DNA of 64,000 nt. Origin: Macrostomum lignano (taxonomy: Eukaryota). The notes beneath the pieces were generated by a model. That model searched no databases. It saw nothing but the letters and a program-made list of their open reading frames with translations, and was not told where the DNA came from. Of this stretch, positions 1 to 17,089 are shown in pieces. How positions within the stretch are numbered: the stretch's first letter is position 1; every line of letters begins with the position of its first letter. A program made the position numbers and the translations under genes. The stretch lies in the NCBI GenBank assembly GCA_002269645.1, contig NIVC01000931.1, positions 62,001-126,000 on the forward strand, in the 5' to 3' direction.

Positions 1-222
1 ATGCTGAGCAGTGTGCCTGACTCTCCCAGTCTGCAGAGCTGTTTGATGCTGAGCAGTGTGCCTGACTCTCCCAGTCTGCAGAGCTGTTTGATGCTGAGCA
101 GTGTGCCTGACTCTCCCAGTCTGCAGAGCTGTTTGATGCTGAGCAGTGTGCCTGACTCTCCCAGTCTGCAGAGCTGTTTGATGCTGAGCAGTGTGCCTGA
201 CTCTCCCAGTCTGCAGAGCTGT
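1..222 (+). repeat. 45-bp minisatellite spanning an iGluR A splice acceptor
   Basis: Unit ATGCTGAGCAGTGTGCCTGACTCTCCCAGTCTGCAGAGCTGTTTG, 5 copies visible, truncated by the window start. Confidence 0.97.
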
Positions 223-3200
223 GTCGTCGCTGCCACCGGACGCTCACCTGCTGGCTGTATCGGGCTCGGGATTCCATCCGGCCCTGAACAGCTTCTGCCT
301 CGCCTTCAACGTCACCTGCATCTTCTTGGACGCACTGGAGGGCGAACGAGTCCCCGACGACTGGCTGCACAACGCCATCCGCTTCTTCCCGGCGCCAGAG
401 CTGCGCAGCCGATCGATTTCTGATTACGTCATTTGGTCGATGTGGGGAGAGTTTATCGTTTTCTACAGTAACTTTGACAGTGAGTTGGTCTCAAGGCTGG
501 GTGTCCCATTTTTCTATGCATGTTTGTGTTGCCCACTTTAAAACAAGTTCTCAATCACCCTCATCACAAATAAAAAAGCACATTTCACCCAACGCCCGAA
601 TAAAGACCTTGAAAAGGTGCAGACGCTGCTCAACTACCCGCTGGGGCCGGTGCTGTTTCGACCGCTGGACATGAGCAGGCCTAGTAAGGCGCTGTACCAG
701 CTGCACCGACTCAAACGGAGCACTCTGCACCGGTTTGTCGTGGACATGCCGATTCGTAGCCTGCCAAACTTCTTTAAATTGGTTAGTAAGAGATGCATTT
801 TATTATTTTCCACAGTGGCCGCAGTGCCTACTTATATAATATGCATAGTGAGGAGTTTGATATCTCGGAAGACAACACTATGCAATGCAGCGTTCCTCGA
901 TACTTATTTCCAGGCCAAAGCGGCGGGCCTCAACGGAATGGCGCACAGCTTCCTTCTGATTTCTGAGGTGGTAATTTTAGCAAAACAGTGTGCTCGCTTT
1001 GCAAGATTGCAACTGACATATAGCCGCCTGATTTCTGCTTTTAGTTGAGCGAAGCATTCTTTGGTCGTCACGTGGCGCCAAGGCTGAACAACGGAGTGAA
1101 TTTCACAACGCACCAACTAGGCGGCGTCCGGTTCATCGGCGAGAGCATCGATAGCGTTCGTGACTTTTTTCGAACCTTTCAAAGCCATGTTGCAAGGCCA
1201 TAGACACAAAACCATAGATTCAAGGCCATAGATGCAAAGCCATAGACACAAAACCATAGATTCAAGGCCATAGATGCAAAGCCATAGACACAAAACCATA
1301 GATTCAAGGCCATAGATGCAAAGCCATAGACACAAAACCATAGATTCAAGGCCATGTTGCAAGGCCATAGACACAAAACCATAGATACAAGGCCATAGAT
1401 GCAAGGCCTATATACACAATAGACACATAGACACTATATACACATAGACACAAAACCATAGATTCAAGGCCATAGATTCAAAGCCATAGACACAAAACCA
1501 TAGATTCAAGGCCATGTTGCAAGGCCATAGACACAAAACCATAGATACAAGGCCATAGATGCAAGGCCATAGACACAAAACCATAGATTCAATGCCATAG
1601 ATGCAAAGCCATAGACACAAAACCATAGATTCAAAGCCATGTTGCCAGGCCATAGACACAAAACCATAGATTCAAACAAAGCCATGTTGCAAGGCCATAG
1701 ACACAAAACCATAGACTCAATGCCATAGATGCAAGGCCATAGACACAAAACCATAGATTCAAAGCCATGTTGCAAGGCCATAGACACAAAACCATAGATT
1801 CAATGCCATAGATGCAAGGCCATAGACACAAAACCATAGATTCAAAGCCATGTTGCAGGGGGCCGTAGCCCAGCGGTCTAACGCAGGCTCTGGTGTGCCA
1901 GCGACCCAGGCTCGATTCCAAGTGCAGTCACATTAATTTGGGGCTGAATTGGAATCTCCGCTTGGCTCTGCTCATGCAATTAACGGCCTTGAGAGCCAAC
2001 CCCCCCAAGGCGCAGTGAAGTGTACATGCCTAGCTATAATATAAAGTTAGGGACGCTGTACACTCCTGTGTGAGTGTGTGCCTGCGTACGTATCCGCGCG
2101 CTTGTATGCCTGCTCAGGGGAGTCGGCGGAATGGGCAGTAATACCTCTCGCCGGTTGTGTGCCTATGTCGCTTAAAGTGCGCCAGGGTGCACACAACCCC
2201 GCTGCCTCTAATAAAAAAAGCCATGTTGCAAGGCCATAGACACAAAACCATAGATTCAAGGCCATAGATGCAAGGCCATAGATGTAAAGCCATAGACACA
2301 AAACCATAGATTCAAGGCCATAGATGTAAAGCCATAGACACAAAGCCATTAACTCCAAGCCCTCCCATTTCTTGCAGCCAACCCGATCTCGCGCTGAAGC
2401 CTTGGAACTTTTACTTGACGCTGCTTATGAAGCCTGGCGGACAGTCGCAGCTCCCATCGCTTTTACCGCTGAGAAAATCGGATTAGAAAGTTCGGTGCGG
2501 TGCCAGCCGCCTTTAACGACAAGAGTTGGAGAATTTCGACACGTTTTGGAGGTTGACTGATTTCGTCATTTATACCTCTGCTTCGATTTTTCGATTCAAT
2601 AGGTTGAGTTACAGCAAACGAACTATAAATCTGTACTTTGCTATTTTCAGAGCAAGATCCGAAATTGCCTTGGCGTTGTTCTACTCGACGGCGCGAAGTA
2701 CTACAACTTCTCCTTCGTCGTCAGGCACATGTCGCGGCACGAGGTTTGAGCACATTATCGATTAATCATGTGGCACATTCCCACACGGGGTAGGGCAACG
2801 TATGAGTGGGATTCAAAGTCAGGTAGTGGTAATCATTTCTGCTCTTATTTGATTGGACTGCGCTCCAAAATCCCGAAGTACATAGTTATGCAGACAGTTC
2901 AATCTTAACCGCTAGAATCCACAGATCTCCCGTGGTGACTTGTACTCAAAAACTCGGTGGCTACTCTTTATTAGCAACAGCTCTTACAAGTGAGCAGGTT
3001 CTCATGATATATCAATAGACTAGTCTGTTGGGATGTTGATGAAGTCACTCAGTCTTGTCGACTATCATGACTCTAACTCGTTTCTTTTTAATTAACGCTT
3101 CAAATTTCAGCTCGCCAACGGTTCGCGCCTGATTCAGAACATGAAGGCAAGTAAAATACTCGGTCTGGTAGTCTTGACAGGCATCAAAGTCTCGAATCAC

Positions 3201-6200
3201 ATTCGCGTACCCGATTGCAGTTTGCCGAATGGAATCTGGACAGAGGCTACCGGGTCACACGTGTCGGCTCCAACATGGAGGAGCAACATTACAAACGGTC
3301 CATGAGCGGCTTGAACCTCACTGTTGCCACTGTCATCGACCCGCCGTTTAGTCTGGAGAGGGACTTTGACGCAGTTGGCAATCGCCTGATAGGAAACCAA
3401 CGATGGACTGGCATGGCTATCGAATTGTTTAAGGAGGCCGCTAAACGACTGAAAATTTCGTGAGTTTGAACTCTTCCTTGAGTTCTTTTTTAACTTCCTT
3501 TTTAAGTACTAAACTCTAACTAATATTTAGGAAAACTCTGAACACCTTTACATGTACTCCCCACTCATTAATCATATGCAATACGGTACTTGACACCAGT
3601 CTTAAATCCACGAATTTATTCAGTTCGCGACCGCTCTTGAACTTTAAGCTTGACTCTTCAACACAAGTCAGCTACTTGACTTCCAGTGCACGCTCTCTCT
3701 TCAACACAAGTCAGCTACTTGACTTCCAGTGCACGCTCTCTTTTCAACACAAGTCAGCTACTTGACTTCCAGTGCACGCTCTCTTATCAACACAAGTCAG
3801 CTACTTGACTTCCAGTGCACGCTCTTTCATCAACACAAGTCAGCTACTTGACTTCCAGTGCACGCTCTCTCATCAACACAAGTCAGCTACTTGACTTCCA
3901 GTGCACGCTCTCTCTTCAACACAAGTCAGCTACTTGACTTCCAGTGCACGCTCTCTCATCAACACAAGTCAGCTACTTGACTTCCAGTGCACGCTCTCTC
4001 TTCAACACAAGTCAGCTATTTGACTTCCAGTGCACGCTCTTTCATCAACACAAGTCAGCTACTTGACTTCCAGTGCACGCTCTCTCATCAACACAAGTCA
4101 GCTACTTGACTTCCAGTGCACGCTCTCTCATCAACACAAGTCAGCTACTTGACTTCCAGTGCACGCTCTCTCTTCAACACAAGTCAGCTACTTGACTTCC
4201 AGTGCACGCTCTCTCTTCAACACAAGTCAGCCACTTGACTCTGTCGAACGCGTCAAATGTCAAAGGCACACTTAAATTAATCTCTACGTCTTCTTGTTTT
4301 CAGCTACACGATTCAAGTCAGCTCGGACGGTCAGTTTGGCAGTCCGAAGTTAAACGAAGCCGGCGAGCAGGTTTGGTCCGGAGCGATCGGCGATTTGATA
4401 TCCGGCACAGCCGATGTGGCCGTTGGCACTCTAGTTATCACTTACGATAGAGAGCGGGTGGGTGCCTACTCCAAGAACACACTACTCGAATAAGTAGTGC
4501 TACAAGTATCAAAACTATCTGAATAAATTACTCATCTACGCAGGTCGTGGACTTCACGACACCTTTCATGGGTCTCGGCCTGAGCGTGATCATGAAGAAG
4601 CCGGAGCAGCAGACCGACCCGCTCCAGTTCATGCTGCCCTTCAGCGGTCGCGTGTGGACCTGCATGCTGCTGGCCTGGCTGCTCACCAGCCTGCTCATGC
4701 TAGTGTGCGCCAGGCTGAGTCCCTACGAGTGGTACTCGCACAATGACTGCGTGCCAGTTGTGGAAAACCAGTTTGGTGCACTGAACAGCATGTGGTTCAC
4801 CATTGGCTCCCTGATGCAGCAGGGTGAGTGGCAGAATCCTATATGAGCCGCCCTTGGTCTGCCTGACACAGTGGTTGTTGGCTGTTGGGTATCCGGGTTT
4901 CACGTCGTGTTCTCTGGAGCGGGAGTCCGTGAAGCTCTCCATGCGAGACAGACTACTTGAACAAAAAGCCTTAGCGCTGTATGCAGAAACCAGTAAATGC
5001 TTAAAACCAGTTTTAACAGTTTTACTGTAAACAGTTTTAACCAGTAAAATAATTTTCTAAACAAGGAAGCCTTGCAGTTTTACGGAATTCTAACAAGTTT
5101 TATTGACTATTGACTATGTTTATACTTGGACTGCCTCCCTGATGCAAAGCGAAAAGCCGATATTAAGAATATATTGAACACTTCGAAACTCGAAAGAGGG
5201 GGAGGGAGAGTTAGAGGGGGAGAGAGAGGGACAGGAAGAGAGGGAGAGGGAGAGAAAGAGAGGGAGAGACAGGGGGACAGGGAGAGAGTGAGAGGGAGAG
5301 GGGGAGAGGGGAAGTGCAGGGAAGCTGGGGCGCTGGCTTGGGTAAAAATGAAGGTGAGAGGCGGGCCCACAGCTAAGCAGTTCAGCCAGTTTTGCTGCCT
5401 TCCCAGACAGAGCGGCACAGTGCAGCGACCTGATGCACAATCGTATTGGCCCTCATCAGTTCTTCCTACTTCGAAACCTCAGGATCCGAACTGGCGCCCA
5501 GGGCCTCATCGACGAGGATGGTTGCGACAACCTGGTGGTTCTTCACCCTGCTGCTCATCAGCTCCTACACGGCCAACCTGGCCGCTTTTCTCACCACCAG
5601 CCGGCTCGGCAACATCGACAGCGTGGAAGCGCTGGCCAGCCAGAGCAAAGTGAAGTTTGGTTGTCCTGTTGGCGGGGCCATGTACAACTTCTTCAAGGTA
5701 AATTGGACTGACAGGTGTGAGCAGTGTGCACCTTCATCCTTTATTTGCTGAAGTACTGCTCTCAGCAGCCGTATGATACATGTAGGTGCGGTATGCACAC
5801 TCTTCAAGGTTAATCAGATTGCTGGTTGGCACATCGAGCAATCAAAATCTCTTCCGGGTAGATTAGAAATACGTTTGTGAAGGAAATTACTGGTTCAAAA
5901 ATTGTAAAATCCAGATTTTAACACTGCGAAGCATTCAAGTCTGGTGCGTAATGCTTTTGTTCGCTTTCAGAATTCCCGAATCCCACTTTACCGAAGAATG
6001 TGGGATTCCATGGTTTCTTGGAGCGCTAAAAACGAGTCGTTTGTCCGGAAAACATCGGAAGGAATCGGCCGGGTTCGGGAGGGAGGCTACGCCTACATCC
6101 TTGAGTCCACGTTTAACCAGTACTATCGAGAGAGAGACTGCGAGCTCACGCAGATTGGAGGCATCTTCAATCCCAGCAGCTACGCGTTCGCAGTACCGCA

Positions 6201-7133
6201 GGGCAGTGAGTGATCCCGATCCCAGATCCCGATCCCAGATCCCGATCCCAGATCCCGATCCCAGATCCCGATCCCAGATGATCTGTGATCTGTGATCGAT
6301 ATTCCATTCTTTCTTTTTCTTTCTTTTTCAGACGCGTTTCTCAAGGAGGAGCTTGGTGAGGTCATTCTTCAGCTGCACAAGGAGCAGTTCATCGAGGATC
6401 TGTCGAATGCCTGGATCAAGCGGTTCAACCTGACCGGGCCGCCGTGCAGCGAAGCAGTGGACGATGCATCTCCGACCGGCACCATGGAAGTGGCATCCTT
6501 CGGGGGCGTCTTCATCGCCCTGATGATCGGACTTGGCGTGGCTGTCCTACTTTGTTTTGTCGAACTGCTATGGCGCTGTCGCACCCTGGCCCTGAGAACC
6601 CGGGTGAGCCTTCGGATGTTGTACCCATTGATCAAGGATATCAGGTGTTTTAAGTGCACCGAGTGTCAATGTATCGAGCATGCAAACTTTCACTCGAATT
6701 TCAGCGACCATTCCTGGACTTGCTAATTGAGCACCTTCGTTTGGCAACGAAGCTGAACATTAACCAGAAGGAGATGTCGCCTGCGCCGCCTCCCTGCGCC
6801 TGCGTCTCCAATGCCAACTGGGACGCATTGCCCCTAGAAACCGACCACAATGATAATATGGACGCAGACCAGGCCTTAGCAACCACAGTAGGCGCACTAG
6901 TAATGGAGCATCCAGCCATAGCAACCGAGTCTCCAGCCATAGCAACCGAGTCTCCAGCCATAGCAACCGTGTCTCCAGCCATAGCAACCGATTCTTCAGC
7001 CATAGCAACTGAGCCTCCAGCCATAGCAACCGTGTCTCCAGCCATACCAACCGTGTCTCCAGCCATAGCAACCGAGTCTTCAGCCATAGCAACCAAGTCT
7101 TCAGTCATAGCAACCGAGTCCCCAGGCTATTGA
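210..7133 (+). CDS. Ionotropic glutamate receptor-family subunit, paralog A (5'-partial, 13 exons in window, about 900 codons)
   Basis: Predicted exons: 210-479, 606-781, 914-967, 1045-1155, 2378-2551, 2651-2743, 3221-3459, 4304-4457, 4544-4823, 5483-5697, 5971-6205, 6332-6603, 6705-7133. All have AG/GT boundaries and compatible phases, and 10 of 13 have the same length as the matching exon of paralog B. Motifs: S1 NLTVATVIDPPF and [12 protein letters not shown]; pore [11 protein letters not shown]; M3 gate SYTANLAAF; S2 [12 protein letters not shown]; M4 FGGVFIALMIGLG. Confidence 0.93.
1181..2350. repeat. Composite GCCATAG-based minisatellite in an iGluR A intron, interrupted by the SINE
   Basis: Alternating subunits AAGGCCATAGACACAAAACCATAGATTC, AAGGCCATAGATGC and AAAGCCATGTTGC. 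Confidence 0.93.
1858..2216 (+). mobile_element. tRNA-derived SINE, full length (copy 1)
   Basis: A-box-like TAGCCCAGCGG (1866-1876), B-box-like GGCTCGATTCC (1909-1919), A-rich tail, and target-site duplication AAAGCCATGTTGCA (1844-1857 and 2217-2230). Two more copies in the window. Confidence 0.8.
3655..4235. repeat. 43-44-bp intronic minisatellite (about 14 copies)
   Basis: Unit TCAACACAAGTCAGCTACTTGACTTCCAGTGCACGCTCTCTC(T/A). Confidence 0.95.
5215..5464 (+). repeat. Dispersed repeat: GA-rich tract plus 156-bp unique segment (copy 1, iGluR A intron)
   Basis: 5309-5464 matches 22671-22826 with one mismatch seen. Confidence 0.85.
6212..6276. repeat. 13-bp repeat GATCCCGATCCCA, 5 copies, just after the S2-exon donor of iGluR A
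   Basis: Five exact units counted. Confidence 0.95.
6909..7125 (+). repeat. 21-bp repeat inside the last predicted exon of iGluR A (PAIATES x about 10)
   Basis: Unit CCAGCCATAGCAACCGAGTCT, in frame up to the stop at 7133. Confidence 0.9.
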
Positions 7134-7196
7134 GGCTGAGGGACGCCAGCCGTGATCTGACAACAACACTAATTTAAGCGGAGATAGATTAGGCCA

Positions 7197-7731
7197 TCAT
7201 CTGACCATCTGACCATCTGACCATCTGATCATCTGACTATCTGACCACCTGACCACCTGACTATCTGACCACCTGACCACCTGACTATCTGACCATCTGA
7301 CCATCTGATCATCTGACCATCTGACCATCTGATCATCTGACTATCTGACCACCTGACTATCTGACCACCTGACCACCTGACTATCTGACCATCTGACCAT
7401 CTGATCATCTGACCATCTGACCACCTGACCACCTGACCATCTGACCATCTGATCATCTGACCATCTGACCATCTGATCATCTGACCATCTGATCATCTGA
7501 CCATCTGACCATCTGACCATCTGATCATCTGACCATCTGACCATCTGACCATCTGATCATCTGACCATCTGACCATCTGACCATCTGACCATCTGACCAT
7601 CTGATCATCTGACCATCTGACCATCTGACCATCTGATCATCTGACCATCTGACCATCTGACCATCTGACCATCTGACCATCTGACCATCTGACCATCTGA
7701 CCATCTGACCATCTGACCATCTGACCATCTG
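7197..7731. repeat. 8-bp repeat (CATCTGAC)n downstream of iGluR A
   Basis: Directly visible. Confidence 0.95.
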
Positions 7732-8529
7732 ACAATTTGACTAACTGACTACTGACTACTAAACTAAAAAATAAATAATCGGAGCACTTGCACGCAGACG
7801 GCCAGGCCAGAAAAGACTGCATGGGTTTAAGAACCCCCCGGCACGCGGCGGAGGGGGTGGGGCGGAGGAGAGGTGGGCGAAGGGGAGGGGTGGGGCGGAA
7901 GAGAGGTGGGGAAGGGGGGTGGTGGGGTTAACACATTTTACACTGAGGCCCACAGAGCAGGCATTAATCTAAAGTAGACATTAATCGTTCTCGAACACTG
8001 CTATACCAATCCTAATAAGAAATGCTACCAAAACCTACGCTATTAGTATTTACTTATTTCACTTAATTAATCTTTCTCTTATATCCCATACAACTAAGAA
8101 AAAGATATATTTCTATCAGGACGCTAATTAAATAGCATGAAATTCTCTGAAATAACAACACAGCAGAACAAATTCTCTAATGAGCATAGCAGCACTGCAT
8201 GCAGCTATCCGATGTTTGTGTACTTGTCTCGATGAAAGAAATATATAGATTGCGTATAAAGCTACGGGAATACTTGTAGAAAATGTCTTTCAATATTACT
8301 GATTAATGGTACTCGTATTTCAGAAAAAAACTTTTTGTTGACTTCTAAAAGAGGTTTTGCCAACTACGGAAGTGGCCTAGCGTTGAACGATTGTAAACAA
8401 TATTTTAAATGAAATTAAGTTGTCATGAAAACCTCGGAGAGATGTTGAAAAGAGTCGTCGGGTTCGTGAAACTCGGATGAGTGGGGATCACAGAGATTGA
8501 GGTGGTACCAATGAGATCAGAAAGATGCT

Positions 8530-8790
8530 GAAGAGCAGGGTGGGATCATAGAGAGCAGGGTGGGATCATAGAGATCAGGGTTGGGTCATAGAGAGCAGGG
8601 TGGGATCATAGTGAACAAGGTGGAACCATAGAGAGCAGGGTGGGATCATAGAGATCAGGGTTGGGTCATAGAGATCAGGATGGGATCATACTGAATGAGG
8701 TGGGATCGTAGAGATCAGGGTGGGATCAAATAGATCAGGGTGGGATCATAGAAATCAGGGTGGGATCATATAGAGAAGGGTGGGATCATA
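8530..8790. repeat. Degenerate 20-bp repeat GGGTGGGATCATAGAGATCA
   Basis: Directly visible, about 12 diverged units. Confidence 0.85.
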
Positions 8791-9107
8791 AAAAGATCAA
8801 TTGAAAATCACAGCTATCTAAAGGTTGGGGTCAGCGAGATGCGGTGTAGCTGAAATTTATGAAAATTGAAAAAAAATAGAGCAAAATGATAGATATTAAT
8901 TGTAGAGGATTAGCATCAATGCAGCTAAGATCATAAATATAAAATAATAATTTATGATGACAAATTCAGGGCACTTGAGCATCAAGACTGCAAGCTTGAG
9001 TTGATACCGTTGCTATTGAGACCGGGACTGCTGCTACTCACTGCTGTCATGGCAGATATGAACTGGATGCTTGGGAAAGTTATTTACTGAGGTACATCAG
9101 AAACCAA

Positions 9108-14537
<5,430 letters not shown>

Positions 14538-14709
14538 CTGAGAAACTATTGGCCAGATTATGTTTGCTGATCACTTCAGCACCAACAATTTTGAGTAGAG
14601 TTTGAGTAGCGGAACAGGTTAGCAAGTCTAAAGCTGTGTGCTTTCATGTTATGGTAATTCTCTTTGATCTCCGCCATTTGCTCTCTCCGGCTGTGCTTCA
14701 TCGGCCACC

Positions 14710-15305
14710 TCCCTGCCTCTCCTTGCCCCTCTCTCTTAATCTCTCCCTGCCCCTCTCTCTTAATCTCTCCCTGCCCCTCTCCCTTAATCTCTCCCTGCCC
14801 ATCTCCCTTAATCTCTCCCTGCCCCTCTCCCTTAATCTCTCACCCCTCGCCCTTAATCTCTCCCTGCCCCTCTCCCATAATCTCTCCCTGCCCCTCTCCC
14901 TTAATCTCTCCCTGCCCCTCTCCCTTAATCTCTCCCTGCCCCTCTCTCTTAATCTCTCCCTGCCCCTCTCCCTTAATCTCTCCCTACCCCTCCCTTAATC
15001 TCTCCCTACCCTTCTCTCTTAATCTCTCCCTGCCCTCCTCTCTTAATCTCTCCCTACCCCTCCCTTAATCTCTCCCTGCCCTTCTCTCTTAATCTCTCAC
15101 CCCCTCCCTTAATCTCTCCCTGCCCCCTCCCTTAATCTCTCCCTGCCCTCCTCTCTTAATCTCTCACCCCCTCCCTTAATCTCTCCCTGCCCCCTCCCTT
15201 AATCTCTCCCTGCCCCTCTCCCTTAATCTCTCACCCCTCTCCCTAAATCTCTCACCCCTCTCTCTTAATCTCTCCCTGCCCCCCTCCCTCTCTCTCTCCC
15301 TGCCC
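14710..15305. repeat. 24-bp CT-rich repeat CTCTCCCTTAATCTCTCCCTGCCC
   Basis: Directly visible. Confidence 0.92.
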
Positions 15306-15949
15306 CTATCCCTAAGTATTTCCCCAACAAATAAATCCCTAGCGCCATCAAGAAAGGCCCATGAGGTACTCATAAACAAGATAAGCAAACCTCCGGATGC
15401 GAAGCGAGCCAAGCCGCTGCTGTCTGTCGCGCCCATCACAGCGGAGCATTGGGATCTGGTCTGGGCCAGCAGCTGCCGCCGTCTCGCCAGCATGTGCCGT
15501 TTCGAAGTCGAAAATTGCCTGCCTGCGTCGAGGGCCGGGCCTGGAGCTGCTAGTCTCTCGGGTTGTAAACTATCTCAGGCTGAGAGGCGACTCGAGGGGG
15601 CAGGGCAGTTGGCTAAAAGCGGAAACCACTGTTGCCAGCTTCTTCTCTAAAGCCTTCATTTATTGCCGCAGTTCCCACACGGCCGGCGCTGCGGTTCGTT
15701 ACTAATTTTCCTGCATTAAGCCATGGAGATCCGCAGCCACAACTTGGATTGGCAACTCCTCCTTGAACAACCCCCCATTTTCCCCAATTTCACTTTGCTT
15801 CGGTTTCAGTACGAGTAGGTTGGTCTTTACAAAATTGGTCTCAGGTGAGAGCAGAATAAACTCTGCATATTTGAGTGAAATATCTTTGCATTCTCCGTGA
15901 AAAGTTTCGACAGTTGTTTTGAAATCCAATAAAAAGGTTGCAGGTATAT

Positions 15950-16500
15950 GGGAGAAGGAGAGAGGAACGGGGGGAGACAGGAGAGGGAAGAGAAGTAGAG
16001 ATTGATCGGAGAGATGAGAGACTAGAGACGAGAGAGGAGAGAGGAGAGAGGAGAGAGGAGAGAGGAGAGAGGGTAGAGGAGAGGAGATAGGAGAGGGGAG
16101 AGAGGAGAGAGGAGATGGGAGAGAGGAGAGAGGAGAGAGGAGAGAGGGTAGAGGAGAGGAGATAGGAGAGGGGAGAGGGGAGAGAGGAGATGGGAGAGAG
16201 GAGAGAGGAGAGAGGGTAGAGGAGAGGAGATAGGAGAGGGAAGAGAGGAGAGAGGAGATGGGAGAGAGGAGAGAGGAGAGAGGAGAGGCGAGAGAGAGAG
16301 ACAGTAGGAGAGTGAGAGGGAGAGAGGGAGAGGGGAGAGGGAGAGAGGGAGAGGGGAGAGGGAGAGAGGGAGAGGGGGAGAGGGAGAGAGGGAGAGGGGG
16401 AGAGGGAGATAGAGAGACGGACCGGGAGAGATGGAGCGAAGAGAGTGGAGTGAGGAGATGGGAGAGAGAGAGTAGAGAGAAAGGGAGAGAGGAGAAGCTG
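15950..16500. repeat. GA-rich low-complexity tract
   Basis: Directly visible. Confidence 0.9.
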
Positions 16501-17089
16501 AGTATCATTTTAATGGTAAAATAAACTATTCGCATTTGAGTGAAATATCACTGCATTCTGAGCCAGCTCAAATAACTGACAGAAGTTTTGAATTTTAATA
16601 AAAATTGATGCAGAAAGTTGCCTGTCATTTGTATTAAAACAGAGAGACAGCCGTCAGCCGAAAGTTGTCTGAAAATGGCTCGTTTAGGAAAGTGCTTCTA
16701 CTCCAGTTTCTGGTTCTGAGTCTCCATGATTCGGCCTCCGGGGGGTCCTTATTGGCTGACTGCCAGCTCTGAAGATGAGGGGCAGCTTGGCGATTCGTTA
16801 AACTTACGGGAAAAATTACGAAGAGGAGAGAATGATAACAGCTAGAATTCTCATGGATGTGGGGGGGCAGCCGCCTTGATACCGGGATGAACCATATCAA
16901 TCAATATCCCCAGTCAGGACTGTTGGCTCCGAGCCAGCACCAGCGGAACTGAAAGCCAAGCATCGGAAACTGAGAGGCATCGAGTCCCAAAGCTGAAAAA
17001 GCGGTGGCTGAACCGGTGGGTCAGGGACTGCGCGAACCTTTTTGTGTGGTGAATAGGCGACATGGGGTAGAGAGGGGAGGATACAGGAA

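Noticed and set aside
1858-1925. Possible tRNA gene (also 49230-49290, 47340-47390 and 56560-56600)
   Set aside because: A/B-box-like motifs without a full cloverleaf. The first three continue into SINE bodies, and the last has only a B-box-like 10-mer.
2110-2200. Resemblance of GGCGGAATGGG and CCTCTCGCCGG in the SINE to an HDV-like ribozyme
   Set aside because: The segments are in the wrong order for the HDV double pseudoknot and I could not build P1-P4. No hammerhead core (CTGATGA...GAAA) was seen.
3110-3150. Candidate extra iGluR A exon (TTTCAG|CTCGCC...AAG|GCAAGT)
   Set aside because: No counterpart in paralog B, and the flanking exons already join in frame.
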